Positions 9,430 through 18,657 of a stretch of DNA of 64,000 nt are shown here, in pieces. A model generated the notes under the pieces. That model did not search any database. It was not told the DNA's origin and saw only the letters and a program-made list of their open reading frames with translations. Every line of letters begins with the position of its first letter. The first letter of the stretch is position 1. A program made the translations under genes and the position numbers. This DNA is from Dehalococcoidia bacterium (GTDB lineage: Bacteria > Chloroflexota > Dehalococcoidia > GIF9 > UBA5629): the NCBI GenBank assembly GCA_041653995.1, contig JBAZEK010000001.1, positions 1,184,747-1,248,746 on the forward strand, read 5' to 3'.

Positions 9430-10831
9430 TTCTTCTTGTACCAAAGAGTTTGCCAAAGGTTGCCTCCTCGAGTTCCTCAAAGAAAAGCGCCCTGCCCGCC
9501 TCGCCGCGCAGGCGGCGCACATCGCGTATACCCATTGCGCCCATGACCTCTATCAACTGGTCGTGCCATGCGGCGATCAGGTTGGTCATGCGGCCCACGC
9601 CGTAATCCGTATCAATCTCCCTGATGCCGGCCCGGCAGGCCAGGCCGTCGTTGCACTGCCTGCACAGGGTGCACTCCAGGGCTATTAACAAAGGCAGGTT
9701 AACGGAAACCAGGTCCGCGCCGCAGATGATCTGCTTGGCCATGTGCTCGGCCAGCGCGACGCCCCCGCCGGATATCAGCGTGACCTCGTTCCTGATGCCG
9801 CGCTGAACCAGCGACGTATGTATTTGCCGAAACATGTCCTTTATGAACCGCGGGCTGCCGGCGTTAAGCTCGTTGCCGTTGACGTCGGCCACCAGGTGCA
9901 GGGCCTCGATATACGGTTCCCCCGCCAGCTCAATGCTGCGCTCCACGCCTTGCGCATCCAGGTCGATCCTGACCGCCACCACGATAGCGGGATTAACGGC
10001 CTTGAGCTCCGCAATGCGCTGTTCCAGGCCGGCGCCGTCCCCGATCTCCACCAATCTCATTTTCCGCAGCAGTGCGGCAGCAGGCAGAGCCGATGAGGGG
10101 CCGATGTAGGCGGCCAGGCCGGGCAGATACTGCTCCAGGTCGTTGCCCAGCAGGTCCCAGTCGTTGAAATCGACGATGGCGATGGTCCCCGTCTGAGCCG
10201 CAACCACTTTGAAGATGGGCGGCAGATTGGGCAGCCGGTAGCCCTGCGGCATCATATCGATGACCATGGGGATGGGTATGTCCACCAGCGGCGGCAGACG
10301 TCCTTCAAGCGTATTGGTCCCAAATTGCAGCAGGGAGGGTTTCCTGCCGATATCCACGGCCGTGCTGATATACTCGCGGCCGTGTATGCCGTCGCGTGTG
10401 GGACGGACTATCTCCGACATATCGGTCCACATCGAATCGAATCCGGGCCCTGAGAAGGGGCCGCGGTACCCGGCGCCCGAGACAGGGATCCTGGCGGTCT
10501 CCGCCTGCGTCCAGGTCGTCTCTATCATCTGGGGCGTCCAGTAGCCGTTGCCCAATCGCTCATAAACGGGATTCAGCGCGAGCGAAAGCAGGCCCTTGGT
10601 GCACTGCTGCACGCAGGAGAAGCAGCCCATGCACTGGAAAAAGAGGGCGTCCATCTCGCGCAAATCGCGTATATAAGCAGCTTCCTCGCGGTAGCGATCG
10701 AACACGCAGGCACGCTTGACGCAGTTGTGGCAACCGGCGCAGTCCTCGCGCCAGTCGACCACGCCGCACCTGCCTATGCGCGGCCGCCGCGGCGGCACCG
10801 GTCTGGTTTTGATGTGATACTTGTCAGGCAT
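9422..10831 (-). CDS. Divergent paralog of the glutamate synthase FMN-domain protein (N-terminal ferredoxin domain; several FMN motifs are degenerate)
   Basis: N-terminal Cys clusters (CAGCHNCVKRAC, CMGCFSCVQQC). C-terminal ISGGGVALAEHMAKQIICGADLVSV...CTLCRQCNDGLACRAG parallels the downstream gene. The GAKPG/GGTGAAP motifs are not conserved. Confidence 0.6.
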   Translation of the reverse strand: MPDKYHIKTRPVPPRRPRIGRCGVVDWREDCAGCHNCVKRACVFDRYREEAAYIRDLREMDALFFQCMGCFSCVQQCTKGLLSLALNPVYERLGNGYWTPQMIETTWTQAETARIPVSGAGYRGPFSGPGFDSMWTDMSEIVRPTRDGIHGREYISTAVDIGRKPSLLQFGTNTLEGRLPPLVDIPIPMVIDMMPQGYRLPNLPPIFKVVAAQTGTIAIVDFNDWDLLGNDLEQYLPGLAAYIGPSSALPAAALLRKMRLVEIGDGAGLEQRIAELKAVNPAIVVAVRIDLDAQGVERSIELAGEPYIEALHLVADVNGNELNAGSPRFIKDMFRQIHTSLVQRGIRNEVTLISGGGVALAEHMAKQIICGADLVSVNLPLLIALECTLCRQCNDGLACRAGIREIDTDYGVGRMTNLIAAWHDQLIEVMGAMGIRDVRRLRGEAGRALFFEELEEATFGKLFGTRRNG

Positions 10832-10846
10832 ATCTTCTTTCCCCGC

Positions 10847-11749
10847 TTAAAGGGCCATGGATATCAGCGCGGGCACGGCCGATTCGTTGCCCCCGGAAAA
10901 GATGTGTATACCGCGCAGCCCCGGCAGGGCCTTGAGCCTGCCGATCATCTCGGCGCAGATGGCCAGCCCCTCTTTTCGCTGGGCTTCTTCGCCGCCGGCC
11001 GACTCCAGGCGTGTGATCACATCATCCGGAATATTGAAATCCGTGAATGTATCCTTCATCCTCTTCGCTTCAGCCGCGCTGCCGAGCGGCAGTACGCCGG
11101 CCAGGATGGCGGTCTTTTGAGCAATTGCTTCGCCTCTGAGGGTATCGAGCCACAGTTTGAAGTCTTCGATATCGAAGACGGCCTGTGTCTGCAAGAACCC
11201 GGCCCCCGCCCTGATCTTCTTTTTGATGCGCATAACATTGAGTTCGAGCGGCCTGAGCGCCGGATTGGCGGCGGCGCCCGCCAGCATGGAGAAGGGACCT
11301 TCGATCTTGCGCCCGTCCATCAGCAACCCCTCTTCAGCCATAGCATTTACCGCGGCGATGAGCTGGATCGAATCGATGTCGAAGACGCCCGCCGAATCGG
11401 GGCACGCGATGAGGGTCTGATGGTACCCGCTGAGACAGAGAACGTTCTTGATGCCCAGTGAAACTGCGCCGAGCAGGTCGGATTGCAGGGCGATGCGGTT
11501 CCTGTCCCTGGTCACGACCTGATAAACAGGTTCGATACCGGCACGGAGCAGGGTGATGGACGCGGCAAGGCTGGACATGGCCACGCCGTAATGGTTGTCG
11601 GCGACGTTTACGGCAACGGGGCCGTCCCTCAAAGCGGCGGCGCACTCTTCCACAACGCGTGTGCCCGCCCCGGGACGGGGCAGATACTCCGCCGTCAGTA
11701 TGAAATCCGTACCCGCGATTTTCGCGGCCAGTCTGCTGTCAGGTTTCAT
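10847..11749 (-). CDS. metF: 5,10-methylenetetrahydrofolate reductase
   Basis: MTHFR-family sequence over its whole length (FILTAEYLPRPGAG..., QTQAVFDIEDFKLWLD...). About 300 aa. Confidence 0.8.
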   Translation of the reverse strand: MKPDSRLAAKIAGTDFILTAEYLPRPGAGTRVVEECAAALRDGPVAVNVADNHYGVAMSSLAASITLLRAGIEPVYQVVTRDRNRIALQSDLLGAVSLGIKNVLCLSGYHQTLIACPDSAGVFDIDSIQLIAAVNAMAEEGLLMDGRKIEGPFSMLAGAAANPALRPLELNVMRIKKKIRAGAGFLQTQAVFDIEDFKLWLDTLRGEAIAQKTAILAGVLPLGSAAEAKRMKDTFTDFNIPDDVITRLESAGGEEAQRKEGLAICAEMIGRLKALPGLRGIHIFSGGNESAVPALISMAL

Positions 11750-11759
11750 GAGATTACTT

Positions 11760-12200
11760 CTACTCCTTATCGAGCTCCAGCTCGTCGCCCGCGTATGCGC
11801 TGCGCGGCGATGTTTCGATCCTGTTACGGAAGGCTTCCAGCTCTTTTCTGACCTGCTCCACGCCGCCTTCGCCCGGCTGGATCATGACCATGCGCCCGCG
11901 GCCCAGGCCTATCTCCTCCAGCAGGGCATCCACCGCCTCCACCCGTTTTTGAGCGCGCAGGTTCCCCTCGATATAACGGCAATCACCTTTATTACATGTG
12001 ACCACGGCCACTCCGTCCGCGCCGGTCTCGAAGGACTTGGTCAGGTAGAGGATATCGACCTTACCGGAACACGGCAACGGGATCAGCCTGACCTCAATCC
12101 CCTGCATGCTATCTCCTCCCGACAGCTCGGACGGATCCAGGCTGCTTGAGCAGCAGAAGAGATCGATCTTGACCCTGGCCTTATTTGCTACGTACATTTC
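11760..12200 (-). CDS. mvhD: MvhD/FlpD-like (methyl-viologen-reducing hydrogenase delta subunit family) Fe-S protein. The start was chosen at an internal ATG with an AGGTGG SD.
   Basis: MvhD pattern: KIDLFCCSSS...PCSGKVD...GADGVAVVTCNKGDCRY. Compare MvhD CNWCSY...MCSGRVD...GADGVLVSGCHPGDCHY. Confidence 0.75.
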   Translation of the reverse strand, partial: EMYVANKARVKIDLFCCSSSLDPSELSGGDSMQGIEVRLIPLPCSGKVDILYLTKSFETGADGVAVVTCNKGDCRYIEGNLRAQKRVEAVDALLEEIGLGRGRMVMIQPGEGGVEQVRKELEAFRNRIETSPRSAYAGDELELDKE

Positions 12201-12307
12201 ATGCCACCTATACGGCTTATGGAAGCCTGTTGCCGTATTATAGCAGCACAATATGGGGCTGTCAAAATCTTTTGTCACAAATTTGCCGCAAGGCAAGCTG
12301 AAAATGG

Positions 12308-12332
12308 AAACGGCCCGGTTAAGGGCCGTTTC
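12308..12332 (-). terminator. GC-rich hairpin (AAACGGCCC-GGTTAA-GGGCCGTTT) downstream of the RRM gene, followed on the minus strand by CCAUUUUCAG
   Basis: Perfect 9-bp inverted repeat read directly from the sequence. It lies between the rbp stop (12363) and the mvhD start. Confidence 0.5.
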
Positions 12333-12362
12333 ATAATAGTCTATGGTTTTAGATATCTTTGA

Positions 12363-12719
12363 TTAATACCTTCTCGAGCCGCCTCTGCCGCCGCCGTAGC
12401 CTCCGCGCTGGCCGAAGGAGGACTTGCCTCCACGACCACCGCCGCCGCCGCTGCGTCCGCCGCCACCGCCGCCCTCTCCTCTCGGTCGGGCGCCGTTGAC
12501 GGTGATGGCACGTTCCTTTAGCTTCTTGCCGTTCAGTCCGGCGATGGCCGCCTGGCCTTCCTGCAATTTGGGCATCTCCACAAATCCGAAGCCTTTGGAT
12601 TGCCCGCTGTAGTTGTCCTTGATAATGGCAACAGACGAGACCTCGCCGAAGGCTTCGAACTCAGTCCTGATGTCGCTCTCGGTTACCTCGTAAGCCAGGT
12701 TCCCCACGTATATATTCAT
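12363..12719 (-). CDS. Glycine-rich RNA-binding protein (single RRM domain with a Gly/Arg-rich tail)
   Basis: RNP-1/RNP-2 motifs (IYVGNL, KGFGFVEM) followed by a GGGGGGRSGGGGGRGG tail. Confidence 0.85.
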   Translation of the reverse strand: MNIYVGNLAYEVTESDIRTEFEAFGEVSSVAIIKDNYSGQSKGFGFVEMPKLQEGQAAIAGLNGKKLKERAITVNGARPRGEGGGGGGRSGGGGGRGGKSSFGQRGGYGGGRGGSRRY

Positions 12720-12794
12720 GGTACGATTATTTCCTCCTTAATTTAAAAGGCGCGGGGATAGAATCTCTCCTTGCGCCCGCAGTGCCTGCCGCGA

Positions 12795-13091
12795 TTACCT
12801 TCTGGGATTTATGGTGCTATAGCAATCGCTGCAGTAAACCGGTTTGTCCTGTCGCGGCTCGAAGGGGACCTCGGTCTCTTTGCCGCACTGTGCGCACTGC
12901 GCGGGGTACATCTTGCGCTGGTAGCCTGACCTGCCGCCGTCGCGGCTTGATTTCCTGGCCTGCCTGCAATCGGGGCAGCGTTTGGGCTCATTGGCGAACC
13001 CCTTGGATGCGTAGAACTCCTGCTCCGTCGCGGTGAAGGTGAAATCCTTGCTGCAATCCGCGCAGTTGATAGTTTTGTCGGTGAAACCCAT
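12795..13091 (-). CDS. Small zinc-ribbon protein (two CxxC pairs, then a second CxxC...CxxC)
   Basis: CADC...CPDC and CAQCG...CSDC. A complete ORF with a strong AGGAGG SD. Located upstream of the RRM gene. Confidence 0.55.
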   Translation of the reverse strand: MGFTDKTINCADCSKDFTFTATEQEFYASKGFANEPKRCPDCRQARKSSRDGGRSGYQRKMYPAQCAQCGKETEVPFEPRQDKPVYCSDCYSTINPRR

Positions 13092-13321
13092 GTGATGACC
13101 TCCTGATTTAATTTTAATGGCTTTTGGTTGCGGTCATCCAACATGAGAAGATATTAGAGGAAGATCGAGAGTTAATCTACCGAAGCTGGCAATAACCTTT
13201 ACAGAAACCACTATGTATACTTTACAATAAAATACTACATAATGCAATTGGTCGATAATACGCTGTCACTATTTAACACCGGGCTTCCGCATCTGTTATA
13301 CTTCTCTTTCCCAAATTTAAT

Positions 13322-14473
13322 ATGAATGATCTGAGTTTCTTCAGACGTTACACCGCACCCTGTCTGGTCGCTTTCCTGGGGTCGACTTTCCTGTGGGCCA
13401 TCCTGACCTATATCACGATCTACTGGGTGGACATGGGCTACAGCCACCTGCAGGTGGGGATACTGATTGCCGTTTTCCCGCTGGTGTCCCTGGCCCTGAT
13501 GATACCTTTCGGTGTTTTCGTCGACCGCATCTCGCCAAAAAAGCTGATCCTGGCCAGCCAGTTTATCTTCGCCCTTAGCATCTCGGGGCTGATGATGACG
13601 CAGGATTTCTGGCTGACCATGCTGTTGCTGGCGGTGGGCGGCGCAGGCAACGCGCTTTTCAATAACGCACTTCCCGCGCTCTTCTACAAGACCCTGGGCA
13701 GCAGCATACGCGGCCTCAAGCTGGGTTTTTTTACGGCAGGCATACTGGTAGGGTACGGGCTGGGCTCCCTGCTGGGTGGTTACATATACACGGACTTCGA
13801 TATGAACGCCATCTTCCTGTTCGCACTGATCGGTACGGTCCCCATGTTGCTGCTGAGCCTGCTGCTGGCGGACGTCCCCGGCACCAGAATCAAGCTCAGC
13901 GATTACCGGGCCGACCTTTCCAGTAAGTCGGTGCTTGTCTTCGTCATACTTGTTTTCGCATTCTCCCTGCACGCCGGGGCAGAGCAGTCCAGCTTCAGCC
14001 TCTTCCTCAACAAGGACATCGGGATGGACAAGGAAGCGGTGGGCTGGCTGTACTTCATCCATGCCAACGTTATGGCCGTGCTTTCGATCGTCAGCGGGTA
14101 CTATGCCGATCGCGTCAACTCGCGGGGAAAGGGGCTGGCCGCACTTTATTACGCCGGTATAGCCCTGTCGGGCCTGACCAATATACTGCTGATGTTCACC
14201 ACTAACTTCGGCAATGTCCTGGCCACGCGCCTGACCCATGCCGTGGGCGACAGCCTGACGCTGGTGACCCGCAGCCTGATAGTATCCAACCTCTTCATCA
14301 CCACTCGCATGGGCGGCAACCTGGCCACCGTCCAGACCACCGTGACGCTGGGTACCCTCTGCGGCGCCATCATCAGCGGGGCATTCACGGGATATGCGAC
14401 TGGATTCGCCATCGCCGGCGCCGCGGCCGTCCTGGCGGTGATTTATGCGTTAATCGTCAAGCCTGAATTCTGA
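13322..14473 (+). CDS. MFS transporter
   Basis: 12-TM-like hydrophobic profile, with an MFS-type loop motif after TM2 (GVFVDRISPKK). Confidence 0.7.
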   Translation: MNDLSFFRRYTAPCLVAFLGSTFLWAILTYITIYWVDMGYSHLQVGILIAVFPLVSLALMIPFGVFVDRISPKKLILASQFIFALSISGLMMTQDFWLTMLLLAVGGAGNALFNNALPALFYKTLGSSIRGLKLGFFTAGILVGYGLGSLLGGYIYTDFDMNAIFLFALIGTVPMLLLSLLLADVPGTRIKLSDYRADLSSKSVLVFVILVFAFSLHAGAEQSSFSLFLNKDIGMDKEAVGWLYFIHANVMAVLSIVSGYYADRVNSRGKGLAALYYAGIALSGLTNILLMFTTNFGNVLATRLTHAVGDSLTLVTRSLIVSNLFITTRMGGNLATVQTTVTLGTLCGAIISGAFTGYATGFAIAGAAAVLAVIYALIVKPEF

Positions 14474-14523
14474 CCGTGTTTTGAGTTAGAATATAGACAG
14501 TATGGCTTCCCGGGTGATGCAGT

Positions 14524-15501
14524 ATGCCGGCTAACCTGACGCCGCAGTATTTTGAAGCGGAGCGACGCTTCAAGAGCGCAACCACGCCGGAGGAGAAGAT
14601 CCAGGCGCTGGAGGCCATGCTGGCTGTGATGCCCAAACATAAGGGCACCGACCATCTGCAGGCCGACCTGCGGCGCAAGATCGCCAAAATCAGCGAAGAG
14701 GCCGAGAGAAAATACGCCACCAGCCGGAAAAACTTCAATGTGCGCAGGGAGGGGGCGGGACAGGTGGGGCTGATCGGACCACCCAACACAGGCAAGTCGC
14801 TGCTGCTGTCCTCACTGACCAGCGTAAAGCCTGAGGTTGCCGCTTATCCCTTTACCACCAAGTCGCCCAACGTGGGCATGATGCCCTTCGAGAACATCCA
14901 GATACAACTGGTGGACATGCCCGCCATCAACATGGAGGAGTCGCGCGTCTGGGCCAACACGGTGCTGCGCAATGCCGACCTGCTGGCCATCGTGGTGGAC
15001 CTCACCAGCGATCCCGTACGACAGGTGGAAGAAACGCTGCAGGGGCTGGAGGATATTTCGGTCGTGCCTTTTAAGCCCGGTGCAGACAACAGAGGCACCG
15101 GCCTGAGGGAACGGCGCGCCTTTATCATAGCCAACGTGGGAGACCTGGATATAGACGATGAAGGAATTAACGCCCTTAATGCCAGGTTCGGTGGGTGGCT
15201 GGACGCAGTCAGAGTATCGGCAGCGGAAAAACAGAACCTGGAGGAGCTCAAACGTCAGATCTTTACGCGCCTCAAGATCATGCGCGTGCATACCAAGTCG
15301 CCCGGCGCCAGGGTGGACCTGACCGATCCGGTGATACTGCCGGCAGGCGCGACTATCAAAGACGCAGCCGAGGCTGTGCACAAGGATTTTAAGTCCGGGC
15401 TGCGCTATGCCGTGATCTGGGGCTCAGGCAAGTTCGACGGACAGCGCGTCGGCCCCGAGCACGTGCTGCGCGATAACGATATCATCGAACTGCACGTATA
15501 G
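14524..15501 (+). CDS. Obg/DRG-family GTPase with a C-terminal TGS domain
   Basis: G1 motif GLIGPPNTGKSLL. C-terminal TGS-like end (GQRV...IIELHV). Confidence 0.7.
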   Translation: MPANLTPQYFEAERRFKSATTPEEKIQALEAMLAVMPKHKGTDHLQADLRRKIAKISEEAERKYATSRKNFNVRREGAGQVGLIGPPNTGKSLLLSSLTSVKPEVAAYPFTTKSPNVGMMPFENIQIQLVDMPAINMEESRVWANTVLRNADLLAIVVDLTSDPVRQVEETLQGLEDISVVPFKPGADNRGTGLRERRAFIIANVGDLDIDDEGINALNARFGGWLDAVRVSAAEKQNLEELKRQIFTRLKIMRVHTKSPGARVDLTDPVILPAGATIKDAAEAVHKDFKSGLRYAVIWGSGKFDGQRVGPEHVLRDNDIIELHV

Positions 15502-15535
15502 GCCTCAGACTGGTTTAAGGTATAATTCCATATAA

Positions 15536-16423
15536 ATGATCGTCGCTATCAGGAAAAGTATCAGCTCCCTGAAAAAGGATAGGGAGCACGGGGCCGGATG
15601 GCTCACCCTGCGTTCGCTCGAGATACTGCGCGAGGCTGCCTCTCTGGACCCGGCCGAGAGCCCGCAAAAACTCCTGTCATCGCTCACCGGCGTCGCCGGC
15701 GCGCTGATCAGCGCGCGCCCGGCCATGGTGTCCATCGCCAACTATGTTCTCTATTATCAGGAAGAGCTCCAGTCAGCCGCTGCGACCTCCAGGTCGCCCC
15801 AACGGCTTAAAAAAGCAGCCTTCAGTATGGCCGACCGCCTGATCAGGCGGCAGGGTAAATCCGCCGCTGCCGCTGCGCGCAACGCGGCTGCGCTGATTGG
15901 CAGGCGCAGTATCGTTATGCTCTGCAGCTACAGCTCAGCTGTCTGCAGCGCACTGGAGCTGGCACGGCGCGGGGGTAAGGACTTCAAAGTACTGGCCGTA
16001 CAGTCTCGCCATAAAAAAATATCCTACGGCGAGATGGCGCTGCGCCGCCTGCAGGAGTCGGGCATCAGCGGCAGTATAGTGCCCGATAATCAAATAGCCT
16101 GGCAGCTCGCGCGTGCGGACCTGGTGCTGTGCGGCGCCGACGGTGTCTCGCTTCACGGATGGCTGATAAACGGGACACCCTCTTTGGAGCTGGCGCAGAC
16201 GGCTCTGCGCAAGAAACGCCCTTTGTATGCCGTATGCGAGACAAGTAAGATCGACGCCCGCGGACTGACCGCCGGCCTGCCTGAGCCCGAGCCGGGCTTC
16301 GACATGGTTCCACTCGAGATGCTCTCGGGGCTGGTCACGGAAAAAGGGATGATGACGCCGGAGGAGATATATAAATTCACCTTAGATGACCTGACGGGGA
16401 GCATGAGTGACCGGCCTCATTGA
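15536..16423 (+). CDS. eIF-2B alpha/beta/delta family protein (initiation factor 2B-related / sugar-phosphate isomerase family)
   Basis: Sequence resembles the IF-2B family (Rossmann-like region VLAVQSRHK...LVLCGADGVSLHG). Confidence 0.55.
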   Translation: MIVAIRKSISSLKKDREHGAGWLTLRSLEILREAASLDPAESPQKLLSSLTGVAGALISARPAMVSIANYVLYYQEELQSAAATSRSPQRLKKAAFSMADRLIRRQGKSAAAAARNAAALIGRRSIVMLCSYSSAVCSALELARRGGKDFKVLAVQSRHKKISYGEMALRRLQESGISGSIVPDNQIAWQLARADLVLCGADGVSLHGWLINGTPSLELAQTALRKKRPLYAVCETSKIDARGLTAGLPEPEPGFDMVPLEMLSGLVTEKGMMTPEEIYKFTLDDLTGSMSDRPH

Positions 16424-17177
16424 TGCGCACGCCCATCTCGATGAGATGGAGGACCTCGCTGCAGCCGTCGGGAGAGCCAGGCTGGCGGGTGTGGCCGCCA
16501 TCATCTCCATGGGGCAGGATTTGAGCTCCAACGCCCGGAACCTGGAGATGTCGGCCAGTTATCCCGGATACATTTACCCTGCGCTCGGCCTGCATCCCTG
16601 GGCCATCGGCAGGCTGGACGATGCGCAAATCGAGCAAAATATCGGTTTCATATCGGACAACCTGCACAGGGCCGTCGCGCTGGGCGAGGTCGGCCTGGAT
16701 TATGACAAACGGGTGCTTAAAACGGCGGGCAAGGATATGCAGAAGGAGGTGCTGCGGCGGCTGCTGGCGCTGGCCCTGCGCCATGATAAGCCGGTCTCGC
16801 TGCACAGCCGCTACGCCTGGAAGGATGCTCTGCAGGAGGTCGTAGCCGCCGGGATAAGGAAGCTGGTCTTCCACTGGTATACGGGATTCTCCAGCACGCT
16901 GGCCGAGCTGATCGAAGCCGGATATTACATCTCGGCCACGCCGGCTGCAGAGTACCACGATGAACATCGCCGCGCTATCAGGGAAGTCCCGCTCAATAGT
17001 CTGCTGCTGGAGACGGATTGCCCCGTTTATTACGGCAGGGAGCAGCGCTACCGCTCGCAGCCGTCCGACGTCATGCGCAGCCTCAAGGCGGCGGCTTTAA
17101 TCAAAGATACTCCTCAGGAAGAAGCGGCAACCGTCACCACGGCCAATGCCTGCCGGCTTTTCGGCCTGCCCCTGTAA
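16407..17177 (+). CDS. tatD: TatD-family metal-dependent hydrolase
   Basis: IDAHAHLD N-terminal motif, GEVGLDY, and HWYTG...ETDCP. Confidence 0.8.
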   Translation: MTGLIDAHAHLDEMEDLAAAVGRARLAGVAAIISMGQDLSSNARNLEMSASYPGYIYPALGLHPWAIGRLDDAQIEQNIGFISDNLHRAVALGEVGLDYDKRVLKTAGKDMQKEVLRRLLALALRHDKPVSLHSRYAWKDALQEVVAAGIRKLVFHWYTGFSSTLAELIEAGYYISATPAAEYHDEHRRAIREVPLNSLLLETDCPVYYGREQRYRSQPSDVMRSLKAAALIKDTPQEEAATVTTANACRLFGLPL

Positions 17178-17273
17178 ATTCGAGTATTACCACAAGCTTC
17201 GAACTTGCATTCATCACCCCCGCGTATTTGCCCACCGAAATCAAACGGATTAAAATTAGTCAACTATCCTGAT

Positions 17274-18302
17274 ATGAAGGCTATTATTCTTGTCGGCGGC
17301 GAGGGCACCAGGCTGCGTCCCTTGACCTATTCATTAGTTAAACCGATGGTCCCTGTTGCCAACAGGCCCTTTATAGAGCATGTTATCCGCAAGCTGGCAC
17401 GGCACGGGATCGACGAGATTGTGCTGGCCATGGGTTACAAGCCCGACTCGATCTACGCATATTTCAAGAACGGCAGCGGCCTGGGAGTCAGGCTGACCTA
17501 CAGCCTGGAAGAGAAGCCGCTGGGCACCGCCGGCGCCGTTAAGAACGCCGGCAGCTATGTCAAAGAAGCCTTCTTCGTCCTCAACGGCGACTGCTTCTCC
17601 GATCTCGATTATTCCGATATGTACAGGCAGCACGTACACAATAAAGCGAAAACGACTATTGCGCTCACACATGTGGAGGATCCCACCAGGTTCGGCGTGG
17701 TCGAAACGGATGAGTCGGGACGTGTTCTGCGTTTTATAGAGAAGCCGAAATGGGAGGACGTGACCAGCCACTGGATAAATGCGGGAGTATATATACTTGA
17801 GCCCGAGGTGCTGGATTATATCCCGGACAACCTGTTCTACATGTTCGAGAACGGTGTATTCCCCCGCTTACTGGAAAACGGAGAGCCCTTTTACGCCTAT
17901 CACAACCGGGCGTACTGGATCGACATGGGCACACCCGAACAGTACCATCTTGTCAACAGCGATTTACTGCTGGGCAATTGTTCCTCTCCTTTGCACGTAG
18001 CCCGCGACCTGATCATCGGCGATGGATGCGAGATAAATCCTTCCGCCCGTCTGACCGGACCGGTTATGCTGGCGGAGGGATGCAGTGTGGGCGCAGAGGC
18101 GCGGATTACGGGTCCCGCCGTCCTGGGGCGCGGCTGCCGCATAGCCGGTGGCGCGGTTATTGAGAATTCCCTGCTGTGGGACGAGATAACTGTGGCTGAG
18201 GGCGCGATCATTATTAACAGCATTATTGCCAGCGGTGCTAAGATAAATAAGGGACAACGCCTGCAAGGGCAAACAATCAACCAGAGGGCGCCAACTACAT
18301 AA
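17274..18302 (+). CDS. NDP-sugar pyrophosphorylase (nucleotidyltransferase domain plus a C-terminal left-handed beta-helix)
   Basis: MKAIILVGGEGTRLRPLT (G-X-G-T-R sugar-nucleotidyltransferase motif). C-terminal hexapeptide repeats. Confidence 0.8.
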   Translation: MKAIILVGGEGTRLRPLTYSLVKPMVPVANRPFIEHVIRKLARHGIDEIVLAMGYKPDSIYAYFKNGSGLGVRLTYSLEEKPLGTAGAVKNAGSYVKEAFFVLNGDCFSDLDYSDMYRQHVHNKAKTTIALTHVEDPTRFGVVETDESGRVLRFIEKPKWEDVTSHWINAGVYILEPEVLDYIPDNLFYMFENGVFPRLLENGEPFYAYHNRAYWIDMGTPEQYHLVNSDLLLGNCSSPLHVARDLIIGDGCEINPSARLTGPVMLAEGCSVGAEARITGPAVLGRGCRIAGGAVIENSLLWDEITVAEGAIIINSIIASGAKINKGQRLQGQTINQRAPTT

Positions 18303-18325
18303 TAATCAACTATTTTGGAGGCGAG

Positions 18326-18655
18326 ATGGCTGACAATGTAAAAACCGTTAGTGAAAAGGAATTCAAGGCAAACGTGCTGGATGCGGCGCGGCCGGTGCTG
18401 GTGGATTTCTGGGCGGTTTGGTGCGGGCCCTGCAAAATGATCGCTCCGCTCGTGGACGAACTGGCCGGCGAATATAAGGACAGGATAGAATTCGCCAAGG
18501 TCAACGTGGACGAGGCGCCCAAGGTAGCCTCCAGCTACAACGTGATGAGCATTCCCACACTTATCATATTTAAGGGAGGTAAACCCTTCGAGCAACTGGT
18601 GGGCTACCGCCCCAAGAAAGACATTCAGAAACTACTGGATAAGGCCTTAGCGTAA
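18326..18655 (+). CDS. trxA: Thioredoxin
   Basis: WCGPC active site. 109 aa. Classic thioredoxin fold sequence. Confidence 0.9.
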   Translation: MADNVKTVSEKEFKANVLDAARPVLVDFWAVWCGPCKMIAPLVDELAGEYKDRIEFAKVNVDEAPKVASSYNVMSIPTLIIFKGGKPFEQLVGYRPKKDIQKLLDKALA

Positions 18656-18657
18656 TA

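Noticed and set aside
13235-14239. 334-aa minus-strand ORF
   Set aside because: Low-complexity Q/H/G-rich translation antisense to a convincing MFS transporter gene.
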